The notes under the pieces were generated by a model, which did no database searches, had not been told where the DNA came from, and worked only from the letters and a program-made list of their open reading frames with translations. DNA of 64,000 nt from contig OZ024741.1 in assembly GCA_964016885.1 (NCBI GenBank), positions 21,638,001-21,702,000 of the forward strand, written 5' to 3'. The stretch comes from Eledone cirrhosa (lineage: Eukaryota). A program made the translations under genes and the position numbers. Shown piece by piece: positions 1-15,000 of the stretch. Positions within the stretch are counted from its first letter, which is position 1. The number at the start of each line of letters is the position of its first letter.

Positions 1-3000
1 TACCATACCACAATGAAACACATTACTTTCACCTGTCGCCATCTTCAGTGTAATTACACTGGCTGAACATAAACACCTACCTTTGTAATACCATACCATA
101 CCACAATGAAACACATTAATTTCACCTGTTGACATCTTCAGTGTAATTACACTGGCTGAACATAAACACCTACCTTTGTAATACCATACCACAATGAAAC
201 ACATTACTTTCACCTGTCGCCATCTTCAGTGTAATTACACTGGCTGAACATAAACACCTACCTTTGTAATACCATACCACAATGAAACACATTACTTTCA
301 CCTGTCGCCATCTTCAGTGTAATTACAGTGGCTGATCATAAAAACCTAACTTTGTAATACCATACCACAATGAAACACATTACTTTCACCTGTTGCAATC
401 TTCAGTGTAATTACACTGGCTGAACATAAACACCTACCTTTGTAATACCATACCACAATGAAACACATTACTTTCACCTGTTGCCATCTTCAGTGTAATT
501 ACACTGGCTGAACATAAACACCTACCTTTGTAATACCATACCACAATGAAACACATTACTTTCACCTGTCGCCATCTTCAGTGTAATTACAGTGGCTGAT
601 CATAAAAACCTAACTTTGTAATACCATACCACAATGAAACACATTACTTTCACCTGTTGCAATCTTCAGTGTAATTACACTGGCTGAACATAAACACCTA
701 CCTTTGTAATACCATACCACAATGAAACACATTACTTTCACCTGTCACCATCTTCAGTGTAATTACACTGGCTGAACATAAACACCTACCTTTGTAATAC
801 CACACCACAATTAAACACATTACTTTCACCTGTCACCATCTTCAGTCTAATTACACTGGCTGAACATAAACACCTACCTTTGTTATACCATACCACAATG
901 AAACACATTACTTTCACCTGTCGCCATCTTCAGTGTAATTACACTGGCTGAACATAAACACCTACCTTTGTTATACCATACCACAATGAAACACATTACT
1001 TTCACCTGTCACCATCTTCAGTGTAATTACACTGGCTGAACATAAACACCTACCTTTGTTATACCATACCACAATGAAACACATTACTTTCACCTGTCAC
1101 CATCTTCAGTGTAATTACACTGGCTGAACTTAAACACCTACCTTTGTAATACCACACCACAATTAAACACATTACTTTCACTTGTCGCCATCTTCAGTGT
1201 AATTACACTGGCTGAACATAAACACCTACCTTTGTAATACCATACCACAATGAAACACATTACTTTCACCTGTCACCATCTTCAGTGTAATTACACTGGC
1301 TGAACATAAACACCTACCTTTGTAATACCATACCACAATGAAACACATTACTTTCACCTGTCACCATCTTCAGTGTAATTACACTGGCTGAACATAAACA
1401 CCTACCTTTGTAATACCATACCACAATGAAACACATTACTTTCACCTGTCGCCATCTTCAGTGTAATTACACTGGCTGAACATAAACACCTACCTTTGTA
1501 ATACCATACCACAATGAAACACATTACTTTCACCTGTCACCATCTTCAGTGTAATTACACTGGCTGAACATAAACACCTACCTTTGTAATACCATACCAC
1601 AATGAAACACATTACTTTCACCTGTCGCCATCTTCAGTGTAATTACACTGGCTGAACATAAACACCTACCTTTGTAATACCATACCATACCACAATGAAA
1701 CACATTAATTTCACCTGTTGACATCTTCAGTGTAATTACACTGGCTGAACATAAACACCTACCTTTGTAATACCATACCACAATGAAACACATTACTTTC
1801 ACCTGTCGCCATCTTCAGTGTAATTACACTGGCTGAACATAAACACCTACCTTTGTAATACCATACCACAATGAAACACATTACTTTCACCTGTCGCCAT
1901 CTTCAGTGTAATTACAGTGGCTGATCATAAAAACCTAACTTTGTAATACCATACCACAATGAAACACATTACTTTCACCTGTTGCAATCTTCAGTGTAAT
2001 TACACTGGCTGAACATAAACACCTACCTTTGTAATACCATACCACAATGAAACACATTACTTTCACCTGTTGCCATCTTCAGTGTAATTACACTGGCTGA
2101 ACATAAACACCTACCTTTGTAATACCATACCACAATGAAACACATTACTTTCACCTGTCGCCATCTTCAGTGTAATTACAGTGGCTGATCATAAAAACCT
2201 AACTTTGTAATACCATACCACAATGAAACACATTACTTTCACCTGTTGCAATCTTCAGTGTAATTACACTGGCTGAACATAAACACCTACCTTTGTAATA
2301 CCATACCACAATGAAACACATTACTTTCACCTGTCACCATCTTCAGTGTAATTACACTGGCTGAACATAAACACCTACCTTTGTAATACCATACCACAAT
2401 GAAACACATTACTTTCACCTGTCGCCATCTTCAGTTTAATTACACTGGCTGAACATAAACACCTACCTTTGTAATACCATACCACAATGAAACACATTAC
2501 TTTCACCTGTCACCATCTTCAGTGTAATTACACTGGCTGAACATAAACACCTACCTTTGTAATACCATACCACAATGAAACACATTACTTTCACCTGTCG
2601 CCATCTTCAGTGTAATTACAGTGGCTGAACATAAACACCTACCTTTGTTATACCATACCACAATGAAACACATTACTTTCACCTGTCGCCATCTTCAGTG
2701 TAATTACAGTGGCTGAACATAAACACCTACCTTTGTTATACCATACCACAATGAAACACATTACTTTCACCTGTCACCATCTTCAGTGTAATTACTCTGG
2801 CTGAACATAAACACCTACCTTTGTAATACCATACCACAATGAAACACATTAGTTTCACCTGTCGCCATCTTCAGTGTAATTACACTGGCTGAACATAAAC
2901 ACCTACCTTTGTAATACCATACCAAAATGAAACATTACTTTCACCTGTCGCCATCTTCAGTGTAATTACACTGGCTGAACATAAACACCTACCTTTGTAA

Positions 3001-6000
3001 TACCATACCATACCACAATGAAACATATGACTTTCACCTGTTGCCATCTTCAGTGTAGTTACACTGGCTGAACATAAACACCTACCTTTGTAATACCATA
3101 CCACAATGAAACACATTACTTTCACCTGTCGCCATCTTCAGTGTAATTACACTGGCTGAACATAAACACCTACCTTTGAAATACCATACCACAATGAAAC
3201 ACATTACTTTCACTTGTCGCCATCTTCAGTGTAATAACACTGGCTGAACATAAACACCTACCTTTGTAATACCATACCACAATGAAACACATTACTTTCA
3301 CCTGTCACCATCTTCAGTGTAATTACACTGGCTGAACATAAACACATACCTTTGTAATACCATACCACAATGAAACACATTACTTTCACCTGTCGCCATC
3401 TTCAGTGTAATTACACTGGCTGAACATAAACACCTACCTTTGTAATACCATACCACAATGAAACACATTACTTTCACCTGTCGCCATCTTCAGTGTAATT
3501 ACACTGGCTGAACATAAACACCTACCTTTGTAATACCATACCACAATGAAACACATTACTTTCACTTGTCGCCATCTTCAGTGTAATAACACTGGCTGAA
3601 CATAAACACCTACCTTTGTAATACCATACGAAAATGAAACACATTACTTTCACCTGTCGCCATCTTCAGTGTAATTACACTGGCTGAACATAAACACCTA
3701 CCTTTGTAATACCATACCACAATGAAACACATTACTTTCACCTGTCACCATCTTCAGTGTAATTACACTGGCTGAACATAAACACCTACCTTTGTAATAC
3801 CATACGAAAATGAAACACATTACTTTCACCTGTCGCCATCTTCAGTGTAATTACACTGGCTGAACATAAACACCTACCTTTGTAATACCATACCATACCA
3901 CAATGAAACATATTACTTTCACCTGTTGCCATCTTCAGTGTAATTACACTGGCTGAACATAAACACCTACCTTTGTAATACCATACCATACCACAATGAA
4001 ACACATTACATTCACCTGTCGCCATCTTCAGTGTAATTACAGTGGCTGATCATAAAAACCTACCTTTGTAATACCATACCACAATGAAACACATTACTTT
4101 CACCTGTCGCCATCTTCAGTGTAATTACAGTGGCTGAACATAAACACCTACCTTTGTAATACCATACCACAATGAAATACATTACTTTCACCTGTCGCCA
4201 TCTTCAGTGTAATTACACTGGCTGAACATAAACACCTACCTTTGTAATACCATACCACAATGAAACACATTACTTTCACCTGTCGCCATCTTCAGTGTAA
4301 TTACACTGGCTGAACATAAACACCTAACTTTGTAATACCATACCACAATGAAACACATTACTTTCACCTGTTGCCATCTTCAGTGTAATTACACTGGCTG
4401 AACATAAACACCTACCTTTGTAATACCATACCACAATGAAACACATTACTTTCACCTGTTGCCATCTTCAGTGTAATTACACTGGCTGAACATAAACACC
4501 TACCTTTGTAATACCATACCACAATGAAACACATTACTTTCACCTGTTGCCATCTTCAGTGTAATTACACTGGCTGAACATAAACACCTACCTTTGTAAT
4601 ACCATACCACAATGAAACATTACTTTCACCTGTCGCCATCTTCAGTGTAATTACACTGGCTGAACATAAACACCTACCTTTGTAATACCATACCACAATG
4701 AAACACATTACTTTCACCTGTCGCCATCTTCAGTGTAATTACACTGGCTGAACATAAACACCTACCTTTGTAATACCATACCACAGTGAAACATTACTTT
4801 CACCTGTCGCCATCTTCAGTGTAATTACACTGGCTGAACATAAACACCTACCTTTGTAATACCATACCACAATGAAACACATTACTTTCACCTGTCACCA
4901 TCTTCAGTGTAATTACACTGGCTGAACATAAACACCTACCTTTGTAATACCATACCATACCACAATGAAACACATTAGTTTCACCTGTCGCCATCTTCAG
5001 TGTAATTACTCTGGCTGAACAGAAACACCTACCTTTGTAATACCATACCACAAGGAAACACATTACTTTCACCTGTCGCCATCTTCAGTGTAATTACACT
5101 GGCTGAACATAAACACCTACCTTTGTAATACCATACCACAGTGAAACATTACTTTCACCTGTCGCCATCTTCAGTGTAATTACACTGGCTGAACATAAAC
5201 ACCTACCTTTGTAATACCATACCACAATGAAACACATTACTTTCACCTGTCACCATCTTCAGTGTAATTACACTGGCTGAACATAAACACCTACCTTTGT
5301 AATACCATACCATACCACAATGAAACACATTAGTTTCATCTGTCGCCATCTTCAGTGTAATTACTCTGGCTGAACAGAAACACCTACCTTTGTAATACCA
5401 TACCACAAGGAAACACATTACTTTCACCTGTCGCCATCTTCAGTGTAATTACACTGGCTGAACATAAACACCTACCTTTGTAATATCATACCATACCACA
5501 ATGAAACATATTACTTTCACCTTTCGCCATCTTCAGTGTAATTACAGTGGCTGAACATAAACACCTACCTTTGTAATACCATACCACAATGAAACACATT
5601 ACTTTCAGCTGTCGCCATGTTCAGTGTAATTACACTGGCTGAACATAAACACCTACCTTTGTAATACCATACCACAATGAAACACATTACTTTCACCTGT
5701 CGCCATCTTCAGTGTAATTACACTGGCTGAACATAAACACCTACCTTTGTAATACCATACCACAATGAAACACATTACTTTCAGCTGTCGCCATCTTCAG
5801 TGTAATTACACTGGCTGAACATAAACACCTACCTTTGTAATACCATACGAAAATGAAACACATTACTTTCACCTGTCGCCATCTTCAGTGTAATTACACT
5901 GGCTGAACATAAACACCTACCTTTGTAATACCATACCATACCACAATGAAACATATTACTTTCACCTGTTGCCATCTTCAGTGTAATTACACTGGCTGAA

Positions 6001-9000
6001 CATAAACACCTACCTTTGTAATACCATACCATACCACAATGAAACACATTACATTCACCTGTCGCCATCTTCAGTGTAATTACAGTGGCTGATCATAAAA
6101 ACCTACCTTTGTAATACCATACCACAATGAAACACATTACTTTCACCTGTCGCCATCTTCAGTGTAATTACAGTGGCTGAACATAAACACCTACCTTTGT
6201 AATACCATACCACAATGAAATACATTACTTTCACCTGTCGCCATCTTCAGTGTAATTACACTGGCTGAACATAAACACCTACCTTTGTAATACCATACCA
6301 CAATGAAACACATTACTTTCACCTGTCGCCATCTTCAGTGTAATTACACTGGCTGAACATAAACACCTAACTTTGTAATACCATACCACAATGAAACACA
6401 TTACTTTCACCTGTTGCCATCTTCAGTGTAATTACACTGGCTGAACATAAACACCTACCTTTGTAATACCATACCACAATGAAACACATTACTTTCACCT
6501 GTTGCCATCTTCAGTGTAATTACACTGGCTGAACATAAACACCTACCTTTGTAATACCATACCACAATGAAACACATTACTTTCACCTGTTGCCATCTTC
6601 AGTGTAATTACACTGGCTGAACATAAACACCTACCTTTGTAATACCATACCACAATGAAACATTACTTTCACCTGTCGCCATCTTCAGTGTAATTACACT
6701 GGCTGAACATAAACACCTACCTTTGTAATACCATACCACAATGAAACACATTACTTTCACCTGTCGCCATCTTCAGTGTAATTACACTGGCTGAACATAA
6801 ACACCTACCTTTGTAATACCATACCACAGTGAAACATTACTTTCACCTGTCGCCATCTTCAGTGTAATTACACTGGCTGAACATAAACACCTACCTTTGT
6901 AATACCATACCACAATGAAACACATTACTTTCACCTGTCACCATCTTCAGTGTAATTACACTGGCTGAACATAAACACCTACCTTTGTAATACCATACCA
7001 TACCACAATGAAACACATTAGTTTCACCTGTCGCCATCTTCAGTGTAATTACTCTGGCTGAACAGAAACACCTACCTTTGTAATACCATACCACAAGGAA
7101 ACACATTACTTTCACCTGTCGCCATCTTCAGTGTAATTACACTGGCTGAACATAAACACCTACCTTTGTAATACCATACCACAGTGAAACATTACTTTCA
7201 CCTGTCGCCATCTTCAGTGTAATTACACTGGCTGAACATAAACACCTACCTTTGTAATACCATACCACAATGAAACACATTACTTTCACCTGTCACCATC
7301 TTCAGTGTAATTACACTGGCTGAACATAAACACCTACCTTTGTAATACCATACCATACCACAATGAAACACATTAGTTTCACCTGTCGCCATCTTCAGTG
7401 TAATTACTCTGGCTGAACAGAAACACCTACCTTTGTAATACCATACCACAAGGAAACACATTACTTTCACCTGTCGCCATCTTCAGTGTAATTACACTGG
7501 CTGAACATAAACACCTACCTTTGTAATATCATACCATACCACAATGAAACATATTACTTTCACCTTTCGCCATCTTCAGTGTAATTACAGTGGCTGAACA
7601 TAAACACCTACCTTTGTAATACCATACCACAATGAAACACATTACTTTCACCTGTCGCCATCTTCAGTGTAATTACACTGGCTGAACATAAACACCTACC
7701 TTTGTAATACCATACCACAATGAAACACATTACTTTCACCTGTCGCCATCTTCAGTGTAATTACACTGGCTGAACATAAACACCTACCTTTGTAATACCA
7801 TACCACAATGAAACACATTACTTTCACCTGTCGCCATCTTCAGTGTAATAACACTGGCTGAACATAAACACCTACCTTTGTAATACCATACCACAATGAA
7901 ACACATTACTTTCACCTGTCGACATCTTCAGTGTAATTACACTGGCTGAACATAAACACCTACCTTTGTAATACCATACCACAATGAAACACATTACTTT
8001 CACCTGTCGCCATCTTCAGTGTAATTACACTGGCTGAACATAAACACCTACCTTTGTAATACCATACCACAATGAAACACATTACTTTCAGCTGTCGCCA
8101 TGTTCAGTGTAATTACACTGGCTGAACATAAACACCTACCTTTGTAATACCATACCACAATGAAACACATTACTTTCACCTGTCGACATCTTCAGTGTAA
8201 TTACACTGGCTGAACATAAACACCTACCTTTGTAATACCATACCACAATGAAACACATTACTTTCACCTGTCGCCATCTTCAGTGTAATTACACTGGCTG
8301 AACATAAACACCTACCTTTGTAATACCATACCACAATGAAACACATTACTTTCACCTGTCGCCATTTTCAGTGTAATAACACTGGCTGAACATAAACACC
8401 TACCTTTGTAATACCATACCACAATGAAACACATTACTTTCACCTGTCACCATCTTCAGTGTAATTACACTGGCTGAACATAAACACATACCTTTGTAAT
8501 ACCATACCACAATGAAACACATTACTTTCACCTGTCGCCATCTTCAGTGTAATTACACTGGCTGAACATAAACACCTACCTTTGTAATACCATACCACAA
8601 TGAAACACATTACTTTCACCTGTCGCCATCTTCAGTGTAATTACACTGGCTGAACATAAACACCTACCTTTGTAATACCATACCACAATGAAACACATTA
8701 CTTTCACCTGTCACCATCTTCAGTGTAATTACACTGGCTGAACATAAACACCTACCTTTGTAATACCATACGAAAATGAAACACATTACTTTCACCTGTC
8801 GCCATCTTCAGTGTAATTACACTGGCTGAACATAAACACCTACCTTTGTAATACCATACCATACCACAATGAAACATATTACTTTCACCTGTTGCCATCT
8901 TCAGTGTAATTACACTGGCTGAACATAAACACCTACCTTTGTAATACCATACCATACCACAATGAAACACATTACATTCACCTGTCGCCATCTTCAGTGT

Positions 9001-12000
9001 AATTACAGTGGCTGATCATAAAAACCTACCTTTGTAATACCATACCACAATGAAACACATTACTTTCACCTGTCGCCATCTTCAGTGTAATTACAGTGGC
9101 TGAACATAAACACCTACCTTCGTAATACCATACCACAATGAAATACATTACTTTCACCTGTCGCCATCTTCAGTGTAATTACACTGGCTGAACATAAACA
9201 CCTACCTTTGTAATACCATACCACAATGAAACACATTACTTTCACCTGTCGCCATCTTCAGTGTAATTACACTGGCTGAACATAAACACCTAACTTTGTA
9301 ATACCATACCACAATGAAACACATTACTTTCACCTGTCGCCATCTTCAGTGTAATTACACTGGCTGAACATAAACACCTAACTTTGTAATACCATACCAC
9401 AATGAAACATTACTTTCACCTGTCGCCATCTTCAGTGTAATTACACTGGCTGAACATAAACACCTACCTTTGTTATACCATACCACAATGAAACACATTA
9501 CTTTCACCTGTCGCCATCTTCAGTGTAATTACACTGGCTGAACTTAAACACCTACCTTTGTAATACCACACCACAATTAAACACATTACTTTCACCTGTC
9601 ACCATCTTCAGTGTAATTACACTGGCTGAACATAAACACCTACCTTTGTTATACCATACCACAATGAAACACATTACTTTCACCTGTCGCCATCTTCAGT
9701 GTAATTACACTGGCTGAACATAAACACCTACCTTTGTTATACCATACCACAATGAAACACATTACTTTCACCTGTCACCATCTTCAGTGTAATTACACTG
9801 GCTGAACATAAACACCTACCTTTGTTATACCATACCACAATGAAACACATTACTTTCACCTGTCACCATCTTCAGTGTAATTACACTGGCTGAACTTAAA
9901 CACCTACCTTTGTAATACCACACCACAATTAAACACATTACTTTCACCTGTCGCCATCTTCAGTGTAATTACACTGGCTGAATATAAACACCTACCTTTG
10001 TAATACCATACCACAATGAAACATTACTTTCACCTGTCGCCATCTTCAGTGTAATTACACTGGCTGAATATAAACACCTACCTTTGTAATACCATACCAC
10101 AGTGAAACATTACTTTCAACTGTCGCCATCCTCAGTGTAATTACACTGGCTGAATATAAACACCTACCTTTGTAATACCATACCACAATGAAACACATTA
10201 CTTTCACTTGTCGCCATCTTCAGTGTAATTACACTGGCTGAACATAAACACCTAACTTTGTAATACCATACCACAATGAAACACATTACTTTCACCTGTC
10301 ACCATCTTCAGTGTAATTACACTGGCTGAACATAAACACCTACCTTTGTAATACCATACCACAATGAAACACATTACTTTCACCTGTCACCATCTTCAGT
10401 GTAATTACACTGGCTGAACATAAACACCTACCTTTGTAATACCATACCACAATGAAACACATTACTTTCACCTGTCGCCATCTTCAGTGTAATTACACTG
10501 GCTGAACATAAACACCTACCTTTGTAATACCATACCACAATGAAACACATTACTTTCACCTGTCACCATCTTCAGTGTAATTACACTGGCTGAACATAAA
10601 CACCTACCTTTGTAATACCATACCACAATGAAACACATTACTTTCACCTGTCGCCATCTTCAGTGTAATTACACTGGCTGAACATAAACACCTACCTTTG
10701 TAATACCATACCATACCACAATGAAACATATTAATTTCACCTGTTGACATCTTCAGTGTAATTACACTGGCTGAACATAAACACCTACCTTTGTAATACC
10801 ATACCACAATGAAACACATTACTTTCACCTGTCGCCATCTTCAGTGTAATTACACTGGCTGAACATAAACACCTACCTTTGTAATACCATACCACAATGA
10901 AACACATTACTTTCACCTGTCGCCATCTTCAGTGTAATTACAGTGGCTGATCATAAAAACCTAACTTTGTAATACCATACCACAATGAAACACATTACTT
11001 TCACCTGTTGCAATCTTCAGTGTAATTACACTGGCTGAACATAAACACCTAGCTTTGTAATACCATACCACAATGAAACACATTACTTTCACCTGTTGCC
11101 ATCTTCAGTGTAATTACACTGGCTGAACATAAACACCTACCTTTGTAATACCATACCACAATGAAACACATTACTTTCACCTGTCGCCATCTTCAGTGTA
11201 ATTACAGTGGCTGATCATAAAAACCTAACTTTGTAATACCATACCACAATGAAACACATTACTTTCACCTGTTGCAATCTTCAGTGTAATTACACTGGCT
11301 GAACATAAACACCTACCTTTGTAATACCATACCACAATGAAACACATTACTTTCACCTGTCACCATCTTCAGTGTAATTACACTGGCTGAACATAAACAC
11401 CTACCTTTGTAATACCATACCACAATGAAACACATTACTTTCACCTGTCGCCATCTTCAGTTTAATTACACTGGCTGAACATAAACACCTACCTTTGTAA
11501 TACCATACCACAATGAAACACATTACTTTCACCTGTCGCCATCTTCAGTTTAATTACACTGGCTGAACATAAACACCTACCTTTGTAATACCATACCACA
11601 ATGAAACACATTACTTTCACCTGTCACCATCTTCAGTGTAATTACACTGGCTGAACATAAACACCTACCTTTGTAATACCATACCACAATGAAACACATT
11701 ACTTTCACCTGTCGCCATCTTCAGTGTAATTACACTGGCTGAACATAAACTCCTACCTTTGTAATACCATACCACAATGAAACACATTACTTTCACCTGT
11801 CGCCATCTTCAGTGTAATTACAGTGGCTGAACATAAACACCTACCTTTGTTATACCATACCACAATGAAACACATTACTTTCACCTGTCGCCATCTTCAG
11901 TGTAATTACAGTGGCTGAACATAAACACCTACCTTTGTTATACCATACCACAATGAAACACATTACTTTCACCTGTCACCATCTTCAGTGTAATTACTCT

Positions 12001-15000
12001 GGCTGAACATAAACACCTACCTTTGTAATACCATACCACAATGAAACACATTAGTTTCACCTGTCGCCATCTTCAGTGTAATTACACTGGCTGAACATAA
12101 ACACCTACCTTTGTAATACCATACCAAAATGAAACATTACTTTCACCTGTCGCCATCTTCAGTGTAATTACACTGGCTGAACATAAACACCTACCTTTGT
12201 AATACCATACCATACCACAATGAAACATATGACTTTCACCTGTTGCCATCTTCAGTGTAGTTACACTGGCTGAACATAAACACCTACCTTTGTAATACCA
12301 TACCACAATGAAACACATTACTTTCACCTGTCGCCATCTTCAGTGTAATTACACTGGCTGAACATAAACACCTACCTTTGTAATACCATACCACAATGAA
12401 ACACATTACTTTCACCTGTCGCCATCTTCAGTGTAATTACAGTGGCTGATCATAAAAACCTACCTTTGTAATACCATACCACAATGAAACACATTACTTT
12501 CACCTGTTGCCATCTTCATTGTAATTACACTGGCTGAACATAAAAACCTACCTTTGTAAAACCATACCACAATGAAACACATTACTTTCACCTGTTGCCA
12601 TCTTCAGTGTAATTACACTGGCTGAACATAAACACCTACCTTTGTAATACCATACCATACCACAATGAAACATATTACTTTCACCTGTTGACATCTTCAG
12701 TGTAATTACACTGGCTGAACATAAACACCTACCTTTGTAATACCATACCACAATGAAACACATTACTTTCACCTGTCGCCATGTTCAGTGTAATTACACT
12801 GGCTGAACATAAACACCTACCTTTGTAATACCATACCACAATGAAACACATTACTTTCAGCTGTCGCCATCTTCAGTGTAATTACACTGGCTGAACATAA
12901 ACACCTACCTTTGTAATACCATACGAAAATGAAACACATTACTTTCACCTGTCGCCATCTTCAGTGTAATTACACTGGCTGAACATAAACACCTACCTTT
13001 GTAATACCATACCATACCACAATGAAACATATTACTTTCACCTGTTGCCATCTTCAGTGTAATTACACTGGCTGAACATAAACACCTACCTTTGTAATAC
13101 CATACCATACCACAATGAAACACATTACATTCACCTGTCGCCATCTTCAGTGTAATTACAGTGGCTGATCATAAAAACCTACCTTTCTAATACCATACCA
13201 CAATGAAACACATTACTTTCACCTGTCGCCATCTTCAGCGTAATTACACTGGCTGAACATAAACACCTACCTTTGTAATACCATACCACAATGAAACACA
13301 TTACTTTCACCTGTCGCCATCTTCAGTGTAATTACACTGGCTGAACATAAACACCTACCTTTGTAATACCATACCACAATGAAACACATTACTTTCACCT
13401 GTCGCCATCTTCAGTGTAATTACACTGGCTGAACATAAACACCTAACTTTGTAATACCATACCACAATGAAACACATTACTTTCACCTGTCGCCATCTTC
13501 AGTGTAATTACACTGGCTGAACATAAACACCTACCTTTGTAATACCATACCACAATGAAACACATTACTTTCACCTGTCACCATCTTCAGTGTAATTACA
13601 CTGGCTGAACATAAACACCTAACTTTGTAATACCATACCACAATGAAACACATTACTTTCACCTGTCGCCATCTTCAGTGTAATTACAGTGGCTGAACAT
13701 AAACACCTACCTTTGTAATACCATACCACAATGAAACACATTACTTTCACCTGTCGCCATCTTCAGTGTAATTACACTGGCTGAACTTAAACACCTACCT
13801 TTGTAATACCATACCACAATTAAACACATTACTTTCACCTGTCACCATCTTCAGTGTAATTACACTGGCTGAACATAAACATCTACCTTTGTAATACCAT
13901 ACCACAATTAAACACATTACTTTCACCTGTCGCCATGTTCAGTGTAATTACACTGGCTGAATATAAACACCTACCTTTGTAATACCATACCACAATGAAA
14001 CATTACTTTCACCTGTTGCCATCTTCAGTGTAATTACACTGGCTGAATATAAACACCTACCTTTGTTATACCATACCAAAATGAAACATTACTTTCACCT
14101 GTCGCCATCTTCAGTGTAATTACACTGGCTGAATATAAACACCTACCTTTGTAATACCATACCACAGTGAAACATTACTTTCACCTGTCGCCATCTTCAG
14201 TGTAATTACACTGGCTGAACATAAACACCTACCTTTGTAATACCATACCACAATGAAACACATTACTTTCACCTGTCGCCATCTTCAGTGTAATTACACT
14301 GGCTGAATATAAACACCTACCTTTGTAATACCATACCACAATGAAACACATTACTTTCACCTGTCGCCATCTTCAGTGTAATTACACTGGCTGAACATAA
14401 ACACCTACCTTTGTAATACCATACCACAATGAAACACATTACTTTCACTTGTCGCCATCTTCAGTGTAATTACACTGGCTGAACATAAACACCTACCTTT
14501 GTAATACCATACCACAATGAAACACATTACTTTCACCTGTCACCATCTTCAGTGTAATTACACTGGCTGAACATAAACACCTACCTTTGTAATACCATAC
14601 CACAATGAAACACATTACTTTCACCTGTCACCATCTTCAGTGTAATTACACTGGCTGAACATAAACACCTACCTTTGTAATACCATACCACAATGAAACA
14701 CATTACTTTCACCTGTCGCCATCTTCAGTGTAATTACACTGGCTGAACATAAACACCTACCTTTGTAATACCATACCACAATGAAACACATTACTTTCAC
14801 CTGTCACCATCTTCAGTGTAATTACACTGGCTGAACATAAACACCTACCTTTGTAATACCATACCACAATGAAACACATTACTTTCACCTGTCGCCATCT
14901 TCAGTGTAATTACACTGGCTGAACATAAACACCTACCTTTGTAATACCATACCACGATGAAACACATTAGTTTCACCTGTCGCCATCTTCAGTGTAATTA

